A stretch of DNA of 61,747 nucleotides, filler included, from 11 parts of 11 records of this genome joined end to end with filler, not necessarily neighbours in it; one strand, 5' to 3'. Numbered from the whole stretch's first letter, positions 37,304-50,380 are shown. The notes: generated by a model not told the origin, from the letters alone. Numbers and translations are program-made.

Positions 37304-38908
37304 TCATGCATCAGACCCCGCCCACTTCCGCCACACAAGTGTTAGGTAAGGTGCGGGCCGCGGAGGGCTCTCAAGCCGGCCGTGCAAGTTGCACGGCGTC
37401 AATTCGCCTGGGCTATTCGGCCGGCTTTCCCTCAAGTCCTCCATAAGCTGATTAATCTGGCGGAGCACTGGCGACCCGTACGCTTTCCCGTGCAGCCACT
37501 CGAAAGCATTCGGCACCCCAGCATCCCGCTCACCCAGCGAGTCTACAGATGCTGGCTCCGCAGTCGGCGGCTTGATAACCTTGCACTCCTCTTCTGTTTG
37601 GTGTAATAGGTGCTCGTGTAGTAATGTCGGAGCGCTAAACAGCCCTCCGACCACGGCGGCGCACACCCCCGGGGCAGCCGCTCCGGACCGGTCCTCCTGT
37701 TGCTGCGCCAATCGATTCTCGTGCTGCTGAGCCACTAGATATCGCACCCGCGTCTTGTCGGGCCGCTGCTTGCACGGCCGCTCCCGCCGCTCCCGCCGCT
37801 CCTTCTTGGCTCTCTCGGCCCCGCCCAACGCGGCTTGCACAGCTGCCGCTGGAGTATGCCAGCCCGCCCGTCGTTCCTGCCAGCTGCTGAGCCGCACCTG
37901 TCGCGCGTGCTCTAGGCTTGAGAGCGCGGCCGCGTATCGCACGATGCTCGTTTTAGGCAGAGGATGGCGACCCGAGCTGGCCAGTTCCGGTCCCTGTATG
38001 ACATCTGCTCTGAGCTTAGCCTCCAGGGCGTCGAATGCAGCCACGGCCGCCTCCACCTCCGCAGAGGTAGGCTCATCCTTGACCATCACCGCAGCAAGAG
38101 CGTCTACTGGCCCAGAGTCCCACCCAGCCGCCGTCAGCGCTGCAGAGGCCTCCTTTGCAGTGTCGCGCGCAGTGGCTTGCTCGGCCTCCACCTGCGCTAC
38201 AGCCTTCGCCCTGGCTGCCTCCTGTGCAGCGGCCCGCTCACGTTCTGCCTCCTTCTCCTCAGCAGCGGCCTTCAACCGCGCCGTCTCCTCATCTTCAGCA
38301 GCCTTCACTCTGGCTGCCGCCGCCGCAGCAGCCGCCCTCTTCCTAGCTGCCTCCTCAGCCGCCTTGAGCCGCGCTGCTCCCTCCGCCGCAGCCTTCACAC
38401 GTGCTGCCTCCTCCGCGGCGGCCTTCACACTTGCCGTCTCCTTCTCCTCGGCAGCCTCCAGACGCACTGCATCGGCCTTCGCCCTGGCAGCCGCGGTGTC
38501 TTTGTACAGGTCACGCAGAAGCAGCGCCTTCTCCGCCTCCCCAGCGGCCCTCACTCGCGCTGCTTCCTCCTCGGCGGCTTCCAGCTTGACTGCCTCCGCC
38601 TCCTCAGCGGCCTTCAGCCTGGCCTCCGCCTCCTCGGTGGCCTTCAGCCGCAGCATCTCATGCACCACCTTGGCCTCCTCCACCAGGTCCGCACTAAGCT
38701 GCAGCAGTGAAGGCGCCTCCTGCCTGTGCAGCCGCTCGTTGCCTAACCACTCATCGTGCTGCTGCATCTTGTTCATCACGCGAACCGTCTGATCCCGCCA
38801 GTCCGCCGACCCCCCGTCACCAGCAGCCGAGTGCATGGGCTGCCGCATCTTGTAGATGTATGTGTACCCAAGTGCGGGTGCGCTGCCCTTCATCAGACTG
38901 ACAGACAT
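37304..38908 (-). CDS. Ala/Glu/Lys-rich low-complexity helical protein
   Basis: Long ORF with repeated KAAEEEAAR-like units at about 38150-38650. Confidence 0.55.
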   Translation of the reverse strand: MSVSLMKGSAPALGYTYIYKMRQPMHSAAGDGGSADWRDQTVRVMNKMQQHDEWLGNERLHRQEAPSLLQLSADLVEEAKVVHEMLRLKATEEAEARLKAAEEAEAVKLEAAEEEAARVRAAGEAEKALLLRDLYKDTAAARAKADAVRLEAAEEKETASVKAAAEEAARVKAAAEGAARLKAAEEAARKRAAAAAAAARVKAAEDEETARLKAAAEEKEAERERAAAQEAARAKAVAQVEAEQATARDTAKEASAALTAAGWDSGPVDALAAVMVKDEPTSAEVEAAVAAFDALEAKLRADVIQGPELASSGRHPLPKTSIVRYAAALSSLEHARQVRLSSWQERRAGWHTPAAAVQAALGGAERAKKERRERRERPCKQRPDKTRVRYLVAQQHENRLAQQQEDRSGAAAPGVCAAVVGGLFSAPTLLHEHLLHQTEEECKVIKPPTAEPASVDSLGERDAGVPNAFEWLHGKAYGSPVLRQINQLMEDLRESRPNSPGELTPCNLHGRLESPPRPAPYLTLVWRKWAGSDA

Positions 38909-38965
38909 GGAATCATAACGGTTATATCCCACCGGCAGCCCACCGGCAGCCCACCACGTTCAGTG

Positions 38966-40489
38966 ATGAGGAGGCAGGTTGTATTCGGCGTGCTGATCGG
39001 GGTCGCTGCCGCCTCCTGGCCGCTCTCTCGGGGCACCGCCACCGGCGCCGGGCCCGACGGGCGAGTGCTGGACGTCCGACAGTTCGGCGCAGTGGGTGAC
39101 GGCGCCACTGACTGCACCGGCCCCATCAGTCAGGCCCTGGCGGCGGCGCACGCGGGCCCGGCCACGGTGCGGATCCCCGCGCCCGGGGTCTACCTCACTG
39201 GGCCGCTACTGATCAACCACACCGACGGGCTCACCCTGGAGATCCAGACCGGGGCCACTCTGCGATCCCTCGGCTGGGCGCACGCCCTCGCAGGCCACTG
39301 GCCGACCGCAACCGACATTGAGCGCTGGAACCAGACCGGCCGGGCTGGGCTGGACTACGCGCCAGTGCTTTGGCTGCAGTCAGTCCACAACGTGCTCCTC
39401 ACCGGCGGTGGCGTGCTCGACGGCGTGGGCGAGAGCGGTTGGTGGCAGAGTGCGCTCCGTCCGCCCGCGGCTGGCTTTGTCAGCTGCCCCCTGCCGAGCT
39501 GCCCGCACTGCGTCGAGTCGTGCCCGGCCCGGCCGCGGCTGTTGCTGGTCAAGGACGCGAGCCTGGTGAGCCTGGTTGGGCTGGAGCTTCGGCATAGCCC
39601 GTTCTGGACACTGCACCTGTTCAATTCGACCGACGTAGAGGTTTCCAGAGTCAGAATACGCAATCCGTCCGGGCTGCCGCACGGCCAAGAGCCGTTTGTG
39701 CGTGATTGGGGGTATGGGCCGAACGCCGACGGGATCGATGTCGAGCACAGCCAGCGCGTGCTGATTGACAGCTGCGACATTGAGTGTGGAGATGACGCGA
39801 TCTGTCTCAAGGCCGGGTTCGGGCCTTCGGCTCTGCCTGGCACCAGCGAGGTGCTTGGAGTGAACAATTCGATTTTCACCTCCTGCCCGCACGTGGTCAT
39901 GAGCAACAACGGCACTCCCGGGTTTGCCCCTCCGAGCATGCACCGCAATGATGGCTGTGGCGGGATCAAGCTCGGGTACGGCACCTTCAGTGGGATCAGC
40001 GACGTCCGGATGGAAAGGAACGTCATCAAATACGCGGGGCAGGCGATCAAGATCACCGGCCACCTCGGGATGGGTGGGCCTATCAGGAATGTGAGCTTCT
40101 TCGACAACAAGGTTGTGCGCGCAGGGCTGGCTGTCAATGTGGACCTGGCGGTGAGTCATCCGACCCCCGGGGTGGGGCCAAGCGGAACGCGGACCGACCC
40201 TGGACTGCTGAGCACAGTGGATGGGCTGTCGATCGTGCGACTGAGTGCAGCCGGCAGTGTTGGGTGCTATAATAACGTCACGGAGGGTGCATACTGCGGA
40301 GGCGCCGGGTGCTTGCTCGGCAGCGAGCTGGCCGCGCTCAGGAACGTCAGGCTCGAGGATGTCAATATCAGCTCGAGTGGAGGCCAATCGGTCGGCTGGA
40401 GCTGCGCCGATGTGACCCCGAATGCTGTTGGAGTGCAGCCTGCCAGCTGTGTGCCCGCTGGGATCGATTTCGTTTGCAGCCAAACATGA
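38966..40489 (+). CDS. Secreted glycoside hydrolase family 28 (polygalacturonase-like), intronless
   Basis: Signal peptide; FGAVGDG, YLTGPL, SPFWTLH, PNADGID, GDDAICLK motifs. Confidence 0.85.
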   Translation: MRRQVVFGVLIGVAAASWPLSRGTATGAGPDGRVLDVRQFGAVGDGATDCTGPISQALAAAHAGPATVRIPAPGVYLTGPLLINHTDGLTLEIQTGATLRSLGWAHALAGHWPTATDIERWNQTGRAGLDYAPVLWLQSVHNVLLTGGGVLDGVGESGWWQSALRPPAAGFVSCPLPSCPHCVESCPARPRLLLVKDASLVSLVGLELRHSPFWTLHLFNSTDVEVSRVRIRNPSGLPHGQEPFVRDWGYGPNADGIDVEHSQRVLIDSCDIECGDDAICLKAGFGPSALPGTSEVLGVNNSIFTSCPHVVMSNNGTPGFAPPSMHRNDGCGGIKLGYGTFSGISDVRMERNVIKYAGQAIKITGHLGMGGPIRNVSFFDNKVVRAGLAVNVDLAVSHPTPGVGPSGTRTDPGLLSTVDGLSIVRLSAAGSVGCYNNVTEGAYCGGAGCLLGSELAALRNVRLEDVNISSSGGQSVGWSCADVTPNAVGVQPASCVPAGIDFVCSQT

Positions 40490-40683
40490 TTATGCACGGA
40501 GTCTACGCATGCAGCGCTAGCCGAGCGGATTGCATGGCGGATTGAGGATGGATCTAGATGGATGTCATGACTATACTATGTTATATTCATAGTAGATTTA
40601 TCATAGATAGTGAATGCAGAGATTGCAGACAATTAGATCAGTTACACATGATTATACAGTAGTTGTAATGCGTGACATAATTA

Positions 40684-40783
40684 NNNNNNNNNNNNNNNNN
40701 NNNNNNNNNNNNNNNNNNNNNNNNNNNTTAATTAATTAANNNNNNNNNNNNNNNNNNNNNNNNNNNNNNNNNNNNNNNNNNNN
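40684..40783. other. Artificial contig spacer
   Basis: N-run + TTAATTAATTAA. Confidence 0.98.
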
Positions 40784-41232
40784 GACAGTGATGATGATGA
40801 TGAAGGGTCACCGGACACGATTGATGAGAGAATGGAGGTGATGGCAGTAACCAGGGCGCAGCGGCGGGCTGCCGAGCTGGATGCGATGGAGCAAGACGAG
40901 CTGGACTTTGACATGACAAATGAAGTTGATGATGATGAGTTTGGTGATGGGCCAGAGGTGATAACACATCCTGTCTTTAAATGTGCAGCACCCGTATTTT
41001 GGCGGCGCGCCGCGGACGCAGCTGACCGGGAGGTCGCCGTCGTCGGTCTAGAGCCAGCGCGCGCACTCGGACGCCTCGACCGCCGCAATCCGCGCCCTCT
41101 TCTACCCTCCTCCGCCTTCTCGCGCCGGGCGATCTGGTTCAAGCCCTGGCAGCGCTAGCTACTAGCTACCTGTACTCACGCGCCGAGCAACGACCTTTGG
41201 GGGATCTGGCTTCGCGCGCCAGACCTTGTGAC

Positions 41233-43656
41233 ATGTTGTCGGTGCGCTGGTGTCGGGGCCTGGGGACTGACAATGGTGGCCGGCAGGCTCTTGCTCACGT
41301 CGTAGCTCTCCTGCTGGCCTCCGCCGCGCTGGCCTCCGCCGGCGGCAACGGCACCATCGGGCAGCCATGCAGGGCGGGCGAGAACGCCCTAGGCCTCTTC
41401 CCCCACACAGACCTGCAGGGCCGGGTGGCGGTTATCACCGGAGCCGACTCCGGGATCGGGCTCGAGATCGCGCGAGCCATGGCCGCCCGCAACGCCACCG
41501 TCGTGATGGCCTGCCGCAAGCTCACCTCGGCTCAGGCGGCCGCCGACAAGATCCGGGCCTCGGTCCCGCGGGCCCGGGTAGTGATACCGAACGCGAGCAT
41601 GGACCTGTCCTCGCTGGCGCTGGTCCGGGACTACGCTCAGTCTGTTCATGAGCTGCTCGAGGGCGGCCCTGTCCACTGGCTGATAAATGACGCGGCCATG
41701 GCCAACAACCCGCATGGCTACACCACAAACGATACCGACCCGGCCGGCAAGCCGTACGAGATGCTGTTCGAGGTGCCCCGGAAGGTTCCGCGGGCCGGCC
41801 GGAAGTTCCGGGTGCAGGTGAACTATGTCTCGCAGTTCCTTCTCACCCAGCTGCTCCTGCCGCAGCTGAGGAAGGCGGGGAGCGGACGGGTGGTCAATCT
41901 CGTTTCAAAGGCGTACCGGATGGCATGTCCGATGGCTATGCGCCGGGGCTGCATGGACCTGGACACCATGCCGCCCCCAGTCGTCACAACTGACCCGAAC
42001 AAGACTGTCCCCATCCTCGATATCAAACCTTCCAATTACGGTATCGCGAAGCTCTTAATGGTCCGTTGGACCGAAGAGCTTGCCAGCAGGGAGCAGGCCG
42101 CCGGTGCCCCGCCGAATGTCCGCTGGTTGATGTCCGTCGGCAGGCACCGGCGTGACGGCGTACAGCGTTGATCCTGGGTTTGTGAACACGTCGATGGCCG
42201 GTCAGTCGTCGCCTTTCTGGAACAAGCTCGCCTGTGAGGACGAAGGTGCCTCCGTCACCTCGCAGCCTGAGAGTGTGGGCACAGGCCGCAAGGGCGCCCC
42301 TTGCCCGGTCCCTGCTGACCAGGGAGCACTCACACCAACCTTCCTTGCGCTCGCTCCCGGTGTCGAGGCCGATTCCGGGAAATACTTTGAATGGTGTGCC
42401 ACCGCTCCTCTGGTGATCTGCTCCTGGCCACCAGCGCTAACAGAATTCAACGCAAGGTGCACTGCTTGGATTCGGTGAAGGATCTCGTACACCAAACCTG
42501 TGCGCTCGGTGAAGAGGCCGACAAGAAGAAGTTGTGGGATCTCTCGCTCCAGTGGTCGGGCGAGCATGCCGCCCCTCTCCAGCCGCAGGCCGCCGAATTC
42601 GAGTGCCCAAAGCCGATCGAGCCGCTGTGCAAGTTGGTTGAGACTCCATTCTGCTTTCTCCAGTGTGCGTCCCAGCTCAAGGCTTGCATCTCTGACTGTG
42701 AGCTTCCTACTCTTTTGTGCTGCCAGCTGAGTGCGCGCAGCTGGCTGCAGGAGCTCGCTTACAGAGGCGTCCGAGTGTATGGCCAAGTACCACAAAGCGA
42801 GCGCGGCCGAGCAGCTTCGGTGTCTCATCCCTGATAACAAGCTGAGAGACGACTTCTTCCTGTGACTGTTACCTTCCTGAAAAGGAAATAATCTGTTAAC
42901 ACAGGTGCACGATGGACACCCACAGCTGCATTCCGGTGCCGCACGACAATACTTCTTATCCAAGCTGCCGGGAGCACAGCCTGACGGTGCGGTCTGGTCA
43001 TTGCCGGGGCTGAATGTACGGCAGGGCGACAGTCATTTTGCGCCTGAGCACCTTGCAGGCTCTTGGTGGAAGGTGCGGTCCTACCTGTCGACCGCAGTTC
43101 ATTTGCTGTTACTGCAGGTGCGAGGGTGGACCGAAGGGGAGCAGTATGAGTGTCGGCCGTGCGCTCAAGTCGAGTTTTGGAAGGCGGCTCCAGCGGTGCG
43201 CCCGGGACTGGTTGGGTGATTGATCAGTCGCAGGACACGATGGTGATCTCTTCGACCTGGTATGAGAAGGATATGAACAATAAGACTTGGACAATGAACG
43301 ACACTTCGCTCTTTGGGCCCCGTCCGGCGCATGCCGGGTTCCCGACCCGGATGGAGCATACTGGCGCCATGTACGGGCTGAGTTATCTCGAAAACTTCAC
43401 GGTGCGTTGCCAGGTGGTTGTTTGGCTGACTCAGTGCGGTTAGGTTGTACATGACGGCACTGCAGAGTCTGAGCCATTCGTGTTCCTGTATGGCTGTGGT
43501 GGGACCAAACAAGGCCGGTATGTGACAGGGTTCGTTTTGGCCAAGAGCAAGGTTGTGTCGGAGAGTCTGCAAGGAAGGATTGACGCAGTGGCGACTGCCA
43601 ACGGATTCGCTACTGACAAGTGGTGCCAAGTAGACAACAGCTGCCATGCTCAGTGA
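41233..43656 (+). CDS. Signal-peptide-bearing SDR (retinol dehydrogenase-like) fused to a VDE-like Cys-rich + lipocalin region
   Basis: TGADSGIG, YGIAK, VDPGFVNT, KLWDLS, continuing without a stop into CFLQCASQLKACISD, then GSWWK and ..VDNSC. Confidence 0.7.
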
Positions 43657-44213
43657 TTGCTTTCTTGAGCTACTATTGATGCCGAAGTTCCCGTAAGAAA
43701 CGCTTTACCTTAGTGAAACCTTTGCAGTAGTCGAGCAAGCCTACCATCTATCATAGCCGTACAATACTTGCTAGGCCGGAATTTGTTGTCCTTATGGCAT
43801 CGGTCAAACCATTTCGCGTGATACAATAAAAACGCGACTAGCTCGAAATACAGTACATGTACACTACATGTCATTGTAGTACTAACGACCGATTCGAACC
43901 TGCATAGCGCACGCACGGTCACGAGGTGAGAATATTGATCAAATGCATGTTCACCGGCACAATCTAGGCGCAATCGTTTCGAGCGGCCATGTGCCACAAC
44001 TTTTTACCGTAACAGGTTATCTATTCACAATTATTCATGGATCTAATTTTGCCTTTGTGATACCTTTGTGACATTAATTCTGAATCATGTACATAGTGCG
44101 TCATAGAGATCGCGCGCGGAAACACTCAATGGCAGGCCATTCCCCGTCTTGTTATGACTTTTGGAGGCTACTACGCTTTGTTGTCCTCTGTCCCGAAGCT
44201 TGGACTGCTGTCG

Positions 44214-44313
44214 NNNNNNNNNNNNNNNNNNNNNNNNNNNNNNNNNNNNNNNNNNNNTTAATTAATTAANNNNNNNNNNNNNNNNNNNNNNNNNNNNNNN
44301 NNNNNNNNNNNNN
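44214..44313. other. Artificial contig spacer
   Basis: N-run + TTAATTAATTAA. Confidence 0.98.
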
Positions 44314-44483
44314 CGCCCTGCTGATGAATGCAAGCCCTGCTGATGCAAGCCCTGCTGAGCATTGTCCCGATTAGCGCATCATGATGTAGCATTGTAGCGC
44401 AACCCCCTAGCTATAGTGTTGTACTCGTACGTAACTCGTACGTACAAGAACACTCAATACGGTACCGTCTTGTACCAGATTCA

Positions 44484-45927
44484 CTATTTACGATGCATGA
44501 TTGATCGATCACATATGATTAAATCGCTTTTAAAGTCGACCGGCATTTGTAGCTCATCAGCATCAACAAAAGCACAATGCCGGCCATACGGAACCCGAAT
44601 CTGCGGATGAAGCAACAAAGCCGATATGCTCGGGAGTACGCCGGCCACACCAGCCAGTCCATCCAACTAGCCATTCGCGCGGCCCACCGCATCCGCCGCT
44701 CTAACAACTCGGGCCTCCGCCGAAACCCCTCCCGGGCTTGCACAATCTGTCGCCCAGGGCTCAACCAAGGCCCCGCTGGCTCGCCACCCCCGCGCGCGCC
44801 TTCTGGTTGAACCTGCAGCCGTGCGCCATTGGCAGCACCGCACCCACCAGCTCTGGCAGCCCGGGCTTGACTGGCCTCCGGTCGCCGGGTTCCAACGGAA
44901 ATGCCAGCTGGGCCGCCCGCACGAATCCATCCAACCAGGCGACCCCGAGCCCTGTGTATTGCCCAAACGCCTCGCTGCCCGAATGTCAGCGGGCACGGCG
45001 AGCGAGCCGGACCAGACGGCCTGCTGCAGCTTGTGGGTGGAGGCCCGAGCAGTGGCGAGCCGGCGCGGGGTCCACGAGATGAACTCTTGCAGCATGGTGT
45101 CGTTTTCCTCGACACTCGTGCAGACGTTGTACTTGTCTTGGATACCCAAATGATACCCAATCAGCCTCCAGCAATGTACCTGGCCCATGCTCCCGGCCGG
45201 CATCCCTCATGACGGGCCACCATGCCCAGCTTGTCCGCTGGCTCCACGCAACCGTGCCCGAGCTGCCTTTCGATCAACTGGATGGTCACAGCCGAAAACC
45301 CAAGTTGCACCTCAGCAAGGTCGAACTGGCTGACCGCCAGCCCGTGCCCCTCCATCACCCCGCCAGCCCGCCGCCGGGCCAACGCGTGCATGCACCGCAC
45401 GCTGTACACCGACCGCCGCGCCTGGCTATCCGACCGGTCCAGTGGGTGGTTCAGCCAATCCGACACGTGAAACGCTGTATCCCGGTACCGCCGGAAGGTC
45501 TGCTCGGTGTTCTGCGCGTATCCAGCCGACACCAGCACCTCCGAGAACCGCGAGATCGAGAATCCCACCAGCAGCGCCCCAAAGAGCGCCACGAACGCGG
45601 CTGTCCCCGACGGTCAGCCGGTGCGTGGCGGGCGGGCGCACAGCCCTGCAGCCGCTGCCAAGCCTGCTGGCCCCGGGCAAGCAGCTCGGCGTCCAGCCAG
45701 TCCGGTTCGGGCTCCTGCCCCAGCCCTGCCGGGGCCTTGATTCCGTCCCGAAGCTGGGAGAGGCTCATCCGGTCGAATCGAGGGTCCCCTTTGTCCAGCC
45801 CGGGCAGCAGCCGGCGCATCAGGCCGGTGTACCCGGGAGGGGCCAGACTGGTCCGCTGGTCCCAGGCTGCACGCGCATGGCCGGCCATCGGGCACTCCTC
45901 CCCAGGGTGCATCGGGCAAGACGCCAT
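44484..45927 (-). CDS. ER-bound oxygenase MpaB/rubber-oxygenase-like (DUF2236) protein (spliced)
   Basis: PDWLDAELLARGQ, RRYRDT, VRCMHALAR, SQFDL, HCWRLIGYHLGI motifs. Confidence 0.75.
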
Positions 45928-47538
45928 TCCCGCCTGGTCAACAACTCCCGGTGTCGCGACTTCGCCGTTAGAATCCCCTTGAGGCTGCCAAGGGCTAGCT
46001 ACGTATCCATGGAACAAGAACCTTAGCCACCCAGGCTGGAGGGCTAGGGAGCCCTTACACAGCGCTAAGGTGATTGACCTTACAGGAGTAATGTTCACGC
46101 AAAAACACAATGTCATCAATATGTCAACAAATAAGTACGGGCACATACTAATACTGGTACGTACGTACGTAACATCGTGCATGTGCGTACCTGCATGACT
46201 CAATCGTCTTCCTCCCTCCGGCATTCCGGCTCCACCTCAGCGGCATCCTTCGATAGCGATTGTCACGGCATTTCGGCATCTGACGCATCTCGACCTCTAG
46301 CTTCCAGCAATCAACTCACTGCGTAATCCCGCCTCCGTGTAGCTGGATGTTGTAGCTTTCATCGGGGAAAGTCATGTTGTGATAGTCGGTCTGCGAGCCC
46401 TCGACGACTTTGAACCCGTCCTCGCCCTTCTTCATGCTGCACCACATTGTGCGTGAGACAGGACAACAGGCGCCCGCATGAATGAACAAATGGACTTACT
46501 CCACCAGCCAGTCTTGGTAGCACTCTTGTGCGTACAGCTTGACCACATCACCGTCGACCTTGGCCCGGGCGCTGACCGCATCGGTCAGTCATACTCACGA
46601 GACGGCGGCGCTTACTATCGCAGTTCCCGCCCGGAGGCCGGCGAAGCATCAAATGCCTGGCAAGCGAGGTCCTGTCACAGCGTCACGGCGCGCAGCAGAC
46701 CCAGTAGCAGCCGCGACGCGGCGACAGCCTTGAGGGGCGTGAACGAGGCCACGGGTATGAAGGGCGGGGTAGGGCAAGCGCCCACCAGGAAACGGTATAT
46801 AGTTCAGGCTGGCGGACGTGGCGTGGGTAGGGCGGGGTGGGGCGGGGCGGCAGCAATCGCAGCCAGCAAACACCCGTCTCCGCCGCCCCATTCGGCCGCT
46901 CAGGCAAGCTCGAACCCATCAGAATCGCTGCGGGTCACGAAGGGGCAAAGCACGAGGGGGTGCTGGAGCTTGGGGGCATGCATCTATGAACATCGGATTC
47001 GGGCAGCAGACCTTCTCTTCCTGCGAGCTTGGCTGCGCACCCGGAACATCATCCGCGTAGGTGAGTGGACCGTTGAACTGCACAGGCGGGAACGCCATGC
47101 CTGTGGCAGATTTTACGTTACAAGTTGAAGTAACCGCTGCCTGCTTGGCCGTCGTCTAGGTCGTCATCCTCTAGTCATCCTCATCGTCGCTAGAATCATC
47201 GCTATCGTTATCGTCACTGTCCGGACCACCTTCGGATGCGCAGCACTTTGGGCACTCACCGTCGCTAGATATCATCATCCTCTTCATCATCGTCGCTCTC
47301 GTCGCTCTCCAGTCAGACTGTCTCCACTCGCAGCACGCACCTATCCCGTGTCGGCGGTGCACAATGCTCGGCCACGCACCATGCTCACGGCCTCTGCACA
47401 AACTGCTGACCACCTCGGCTTGGTCCACCTCTCTAGTCCTCGAGCCTACCTGGCCATGGTACTATACACTCTGACTCACTCCTCGCTCTGCCGGCGCGGC
47501 ACCATAGTTGTTATTTTTGGCATCGCGGCTCGAGCAGC

Positions 47539-48573
47539 ATGCCGTGCCCGCTGCCGCCGCCGATCGGCAAGCGGACGGATCCGGATCTGCTGCTGACCGA
47601 TGAGCTGCCGCAGCCGTACCGGATGATCCAGACGGTACCTGGCCGGCGCCGCCCGGCCGAGCCGCCCGGGGCAGGAACTGTACACAATCATAGACGAGGC
47701 CTGCGACATCGGCTGGGCTAGGCTGCAGGAGGAGGAGGAGCGCGCCCGTAAGCCCGCCACCACGGTGCCCTATCCGGTCCGACCGCACGCTTACCCGGTC
47801 GGCAGGCCGAGCGGACGATCGGGCCGATGACGGAGCCGGAGGGCTTGGGTGGGGTGGCCATGATGACCGATACTTCCAGCTGCGCCAGGCCGTTCTTCGC
47901 GCGACCGGACGGGGGGCTGGTGGAGGTGTATGAAGATGGGGCCCCGCTGGAGGCCCCGCGGCCGCCCGAGCTCGGGGAGGGCGAAACGGCCAGCTGGGTT
48001 GCAGCCACCCGGTGCAACGGGCTCGAGATGGTGCTCATGATTAGCTCCAACGACTACTTGTTCATCTGGCGCCGCTCCACCGCCGACCCAGCCCCGCTCG
48101 CGCCGGCCGACCCGGCAGCCGACCCGGCGGAGCCATCTGACCAGGATGAGCGGCGGGTCGTCCGACGCTTGTGACAGCGCTCGAGGATGGATGCACCGTG
48201 GTGTGGGACATGGCGTGCGGTAGCTGCAAGTTCGTGCTGGAGCGGCACCTGGGGCCGGTGCTGTTTGCCCAGATAGGCCAGTCGCACATTGTGACTGTTG
48301 GCGAGAATGATAAAGTGATACGGAGCTACAGTCTGGACTCGGGGCAAGACCGGCAAGCACACGATAGAGCAGGGCACTCAGCAGCTGTGCATGCCTCGTG
48401 AGGCGTCGCCGTTCAACATCCCGAATGTGGCCCAATTTGATTTGATCGGTCGGGTGCGTGAGTATAACCAGCACCGGCACGGCCAGCGCCGGCTACGCGA
48501 GATGCGGACCAAGAAACGATTGCAGGTGATTGTGGATACAATGAAGATGAATGACGGCGGCGCCCTCAGATAG
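47539..48573 (+). CDS. Short protein with WDR93-like N-terminus (spliced; 3' end uncertain)
   Basis: DPD..DELPQPYRMI recalls the WDR93 N-terminal motif; WD-like TALEDGCTVVWDM downstream. Confidence 0.45.
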
Positions 48574-48673
48574 GGGCCGCTTTTCAATCAAGTAATAAAA
48601 GTGTCGACTCAGATAGATTTAAGTTTAAACACATGTACATGTGTACAGTGTAGATCGAATCCGCGGCTGCATG

Positions 48674-49691
48674 TTAGCCATGATCGTCTTCGCTAGCATC
48701 GAGCATCAACTCATCGAGAGCCCAATGGGCCAATTCCGCCTCCTCAGCCTCCCCACAGAACAGGCATTCCTGGAGCACGGCCCACCCCCGGCTGAACTCG
48801 GCATCTATCTGCTCCGCCCCCTGCCAACTGACTGTGGCCGCAGTATCAACGTCCGGGAGCAACGGGTCCTGCACGCAGTGTCGGTACGTGGCCCAATCCC
48901 AGCCGGTCGCCCTCTTGGATACAAACCGTGGGCTGGCCAGGCTCACCACTCGCCGCTTGGTGGCCGGGTTGGCGTGCAGTTGCAGGAACCCACACAGCAG
49001 CTCAGCAACTGTCTCCTGATTGGCCGAGCGGAATTCAGATGGAGTATCCGGCGGCGGACTCTGGGGAAGCACCGGCGGCTTGCGGAGCTGCAAGAAGTGC
49101 GCCACCATCAGCGTCAGTGCGTACGAGGATAGCAGCCCCTCGCTCGGGTTTTTAATGCGGCGCCGGCCAGCCTGCCCCTGGCTCAGCGCCCGGCCCGCCT
49201 GCCGGCACCCAGTGCTTTATCAACAGCACCAACGGCCGGAACCGGCAGTCGCAGTCGGCCAGTCTGGCGAGCAGCGCCGTGTTGGCCGGGCCATCCTGAC
49301 GGTTGAGCACCGCATCCACCGGCACCCCTCGCGGACTCACGCACTTGAGTACAGGCACGCGGGCCGCCAGCACCGCCTGCACCTCCCACCCGGCCGCCGC
49401 CAGCGCGTTCCCTGCCCGGCTGAGCGACAGACGCTCCAGCGCCCGGCCGTGAGCGGCCCGGTCGTCCGGGTGGGCCGACACGGACAGGGCGACGTCCACG
49501 TCGAACCGGCCCGCGAGGCAGAGCCCGGCCGGCACCGAGCCGAACAGGGCCGGTGGGCTGGTCGAGGGCATCCCAGCCAGCCGCAGCACCTCGGCCAGCG
49601 CCGCTGCCTCGGCCTGGGCGGCAGGGAGCGGCGGGTCGGCTGGGATGAGCCTGGCCAGCAGCTCAGTGCACGCCAGCTCCAGCGCTCCCAT
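48674..49691 (-). CDS. Cid1/TUTase-like non-canonical poly(A)/poly(U) polymerase, 2 exons
   Basis: FGS..G.....DVD, ARVPVLK, VD, FRPLVLLIKHW/A..R.I....G.LSSYAL, VQDP motifs. Confidence 0.8.
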
Positions 49692-49893
49692 CCGCGCAGC
49701 CTGTCTTCAGTGCAGTGGCTTCCGTTTGAGCATGGCGGCTCTTCTGGCCATGGCACGAAGGCAACTAAACTCGGCGAACGAGTTAGAACCGCGAGTCTAC
49801 AAGAACTACATAAGCACAGACTACCTGTACTGTATTAATTGATGAACATTTTATGTTGAATATATTCAATTCATTCTAGATCTTCATATTACT

Positions 49894-50380
49894 TCATATG
49901 GGCTCGGAGCTCACAAAGCACTCGATCAGTGAGCTCGTGCCCCCAACCCAACAAATTTGATTCGCGACGACGGCCGCTGCAAGTCGCACATGTGACACCG
50001 CCAGGTCGCGCTTGCGCCAGCTAGGGGTGGTGGGGTCCAAGCAGTCCACCCTTGATGGTCCATGGATGTCGGACCCACCCACACCACCATTTCCGCCTCC
50101 AAAGCAGATCTGGCCACCAATACTAGCAGCGGCGAGCTCGTAGCGCCGAATGCTCAACTCTGACACAGAATGGCTCACCCGCACCGAATCTGGATCTTGG
50201 ACGCAATAGAGATCTACAGCACCAGATCCATCACCCATCGTGACGTTGATCTCTCCTCCACCAAAGACAGCACAGCCGCAGTGGGCAGGAGCTGCCAGCG
50301 CTTCTGCGACCATGTGAGATCCAGCTGAGCCCACCAGGTCGAGGCTGGTGCAGGTGCAAAGCTCAATGGTTGGGCCTGGA
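49894..50380 (-). CDS. Kelch-like repeat fragment
   Basis: R..LAAAS.G..ICFGGG and R.LAAAVV...ICWVGG repeats; 5' end unresolved, may be a remnant. Confidence 0.45.

Noticed and set aside
46140-47460. Short exon-like and acidic ORF fragments on the minus strand
   Set aside because: I could not assemble a consistent gene model or recognise a family.
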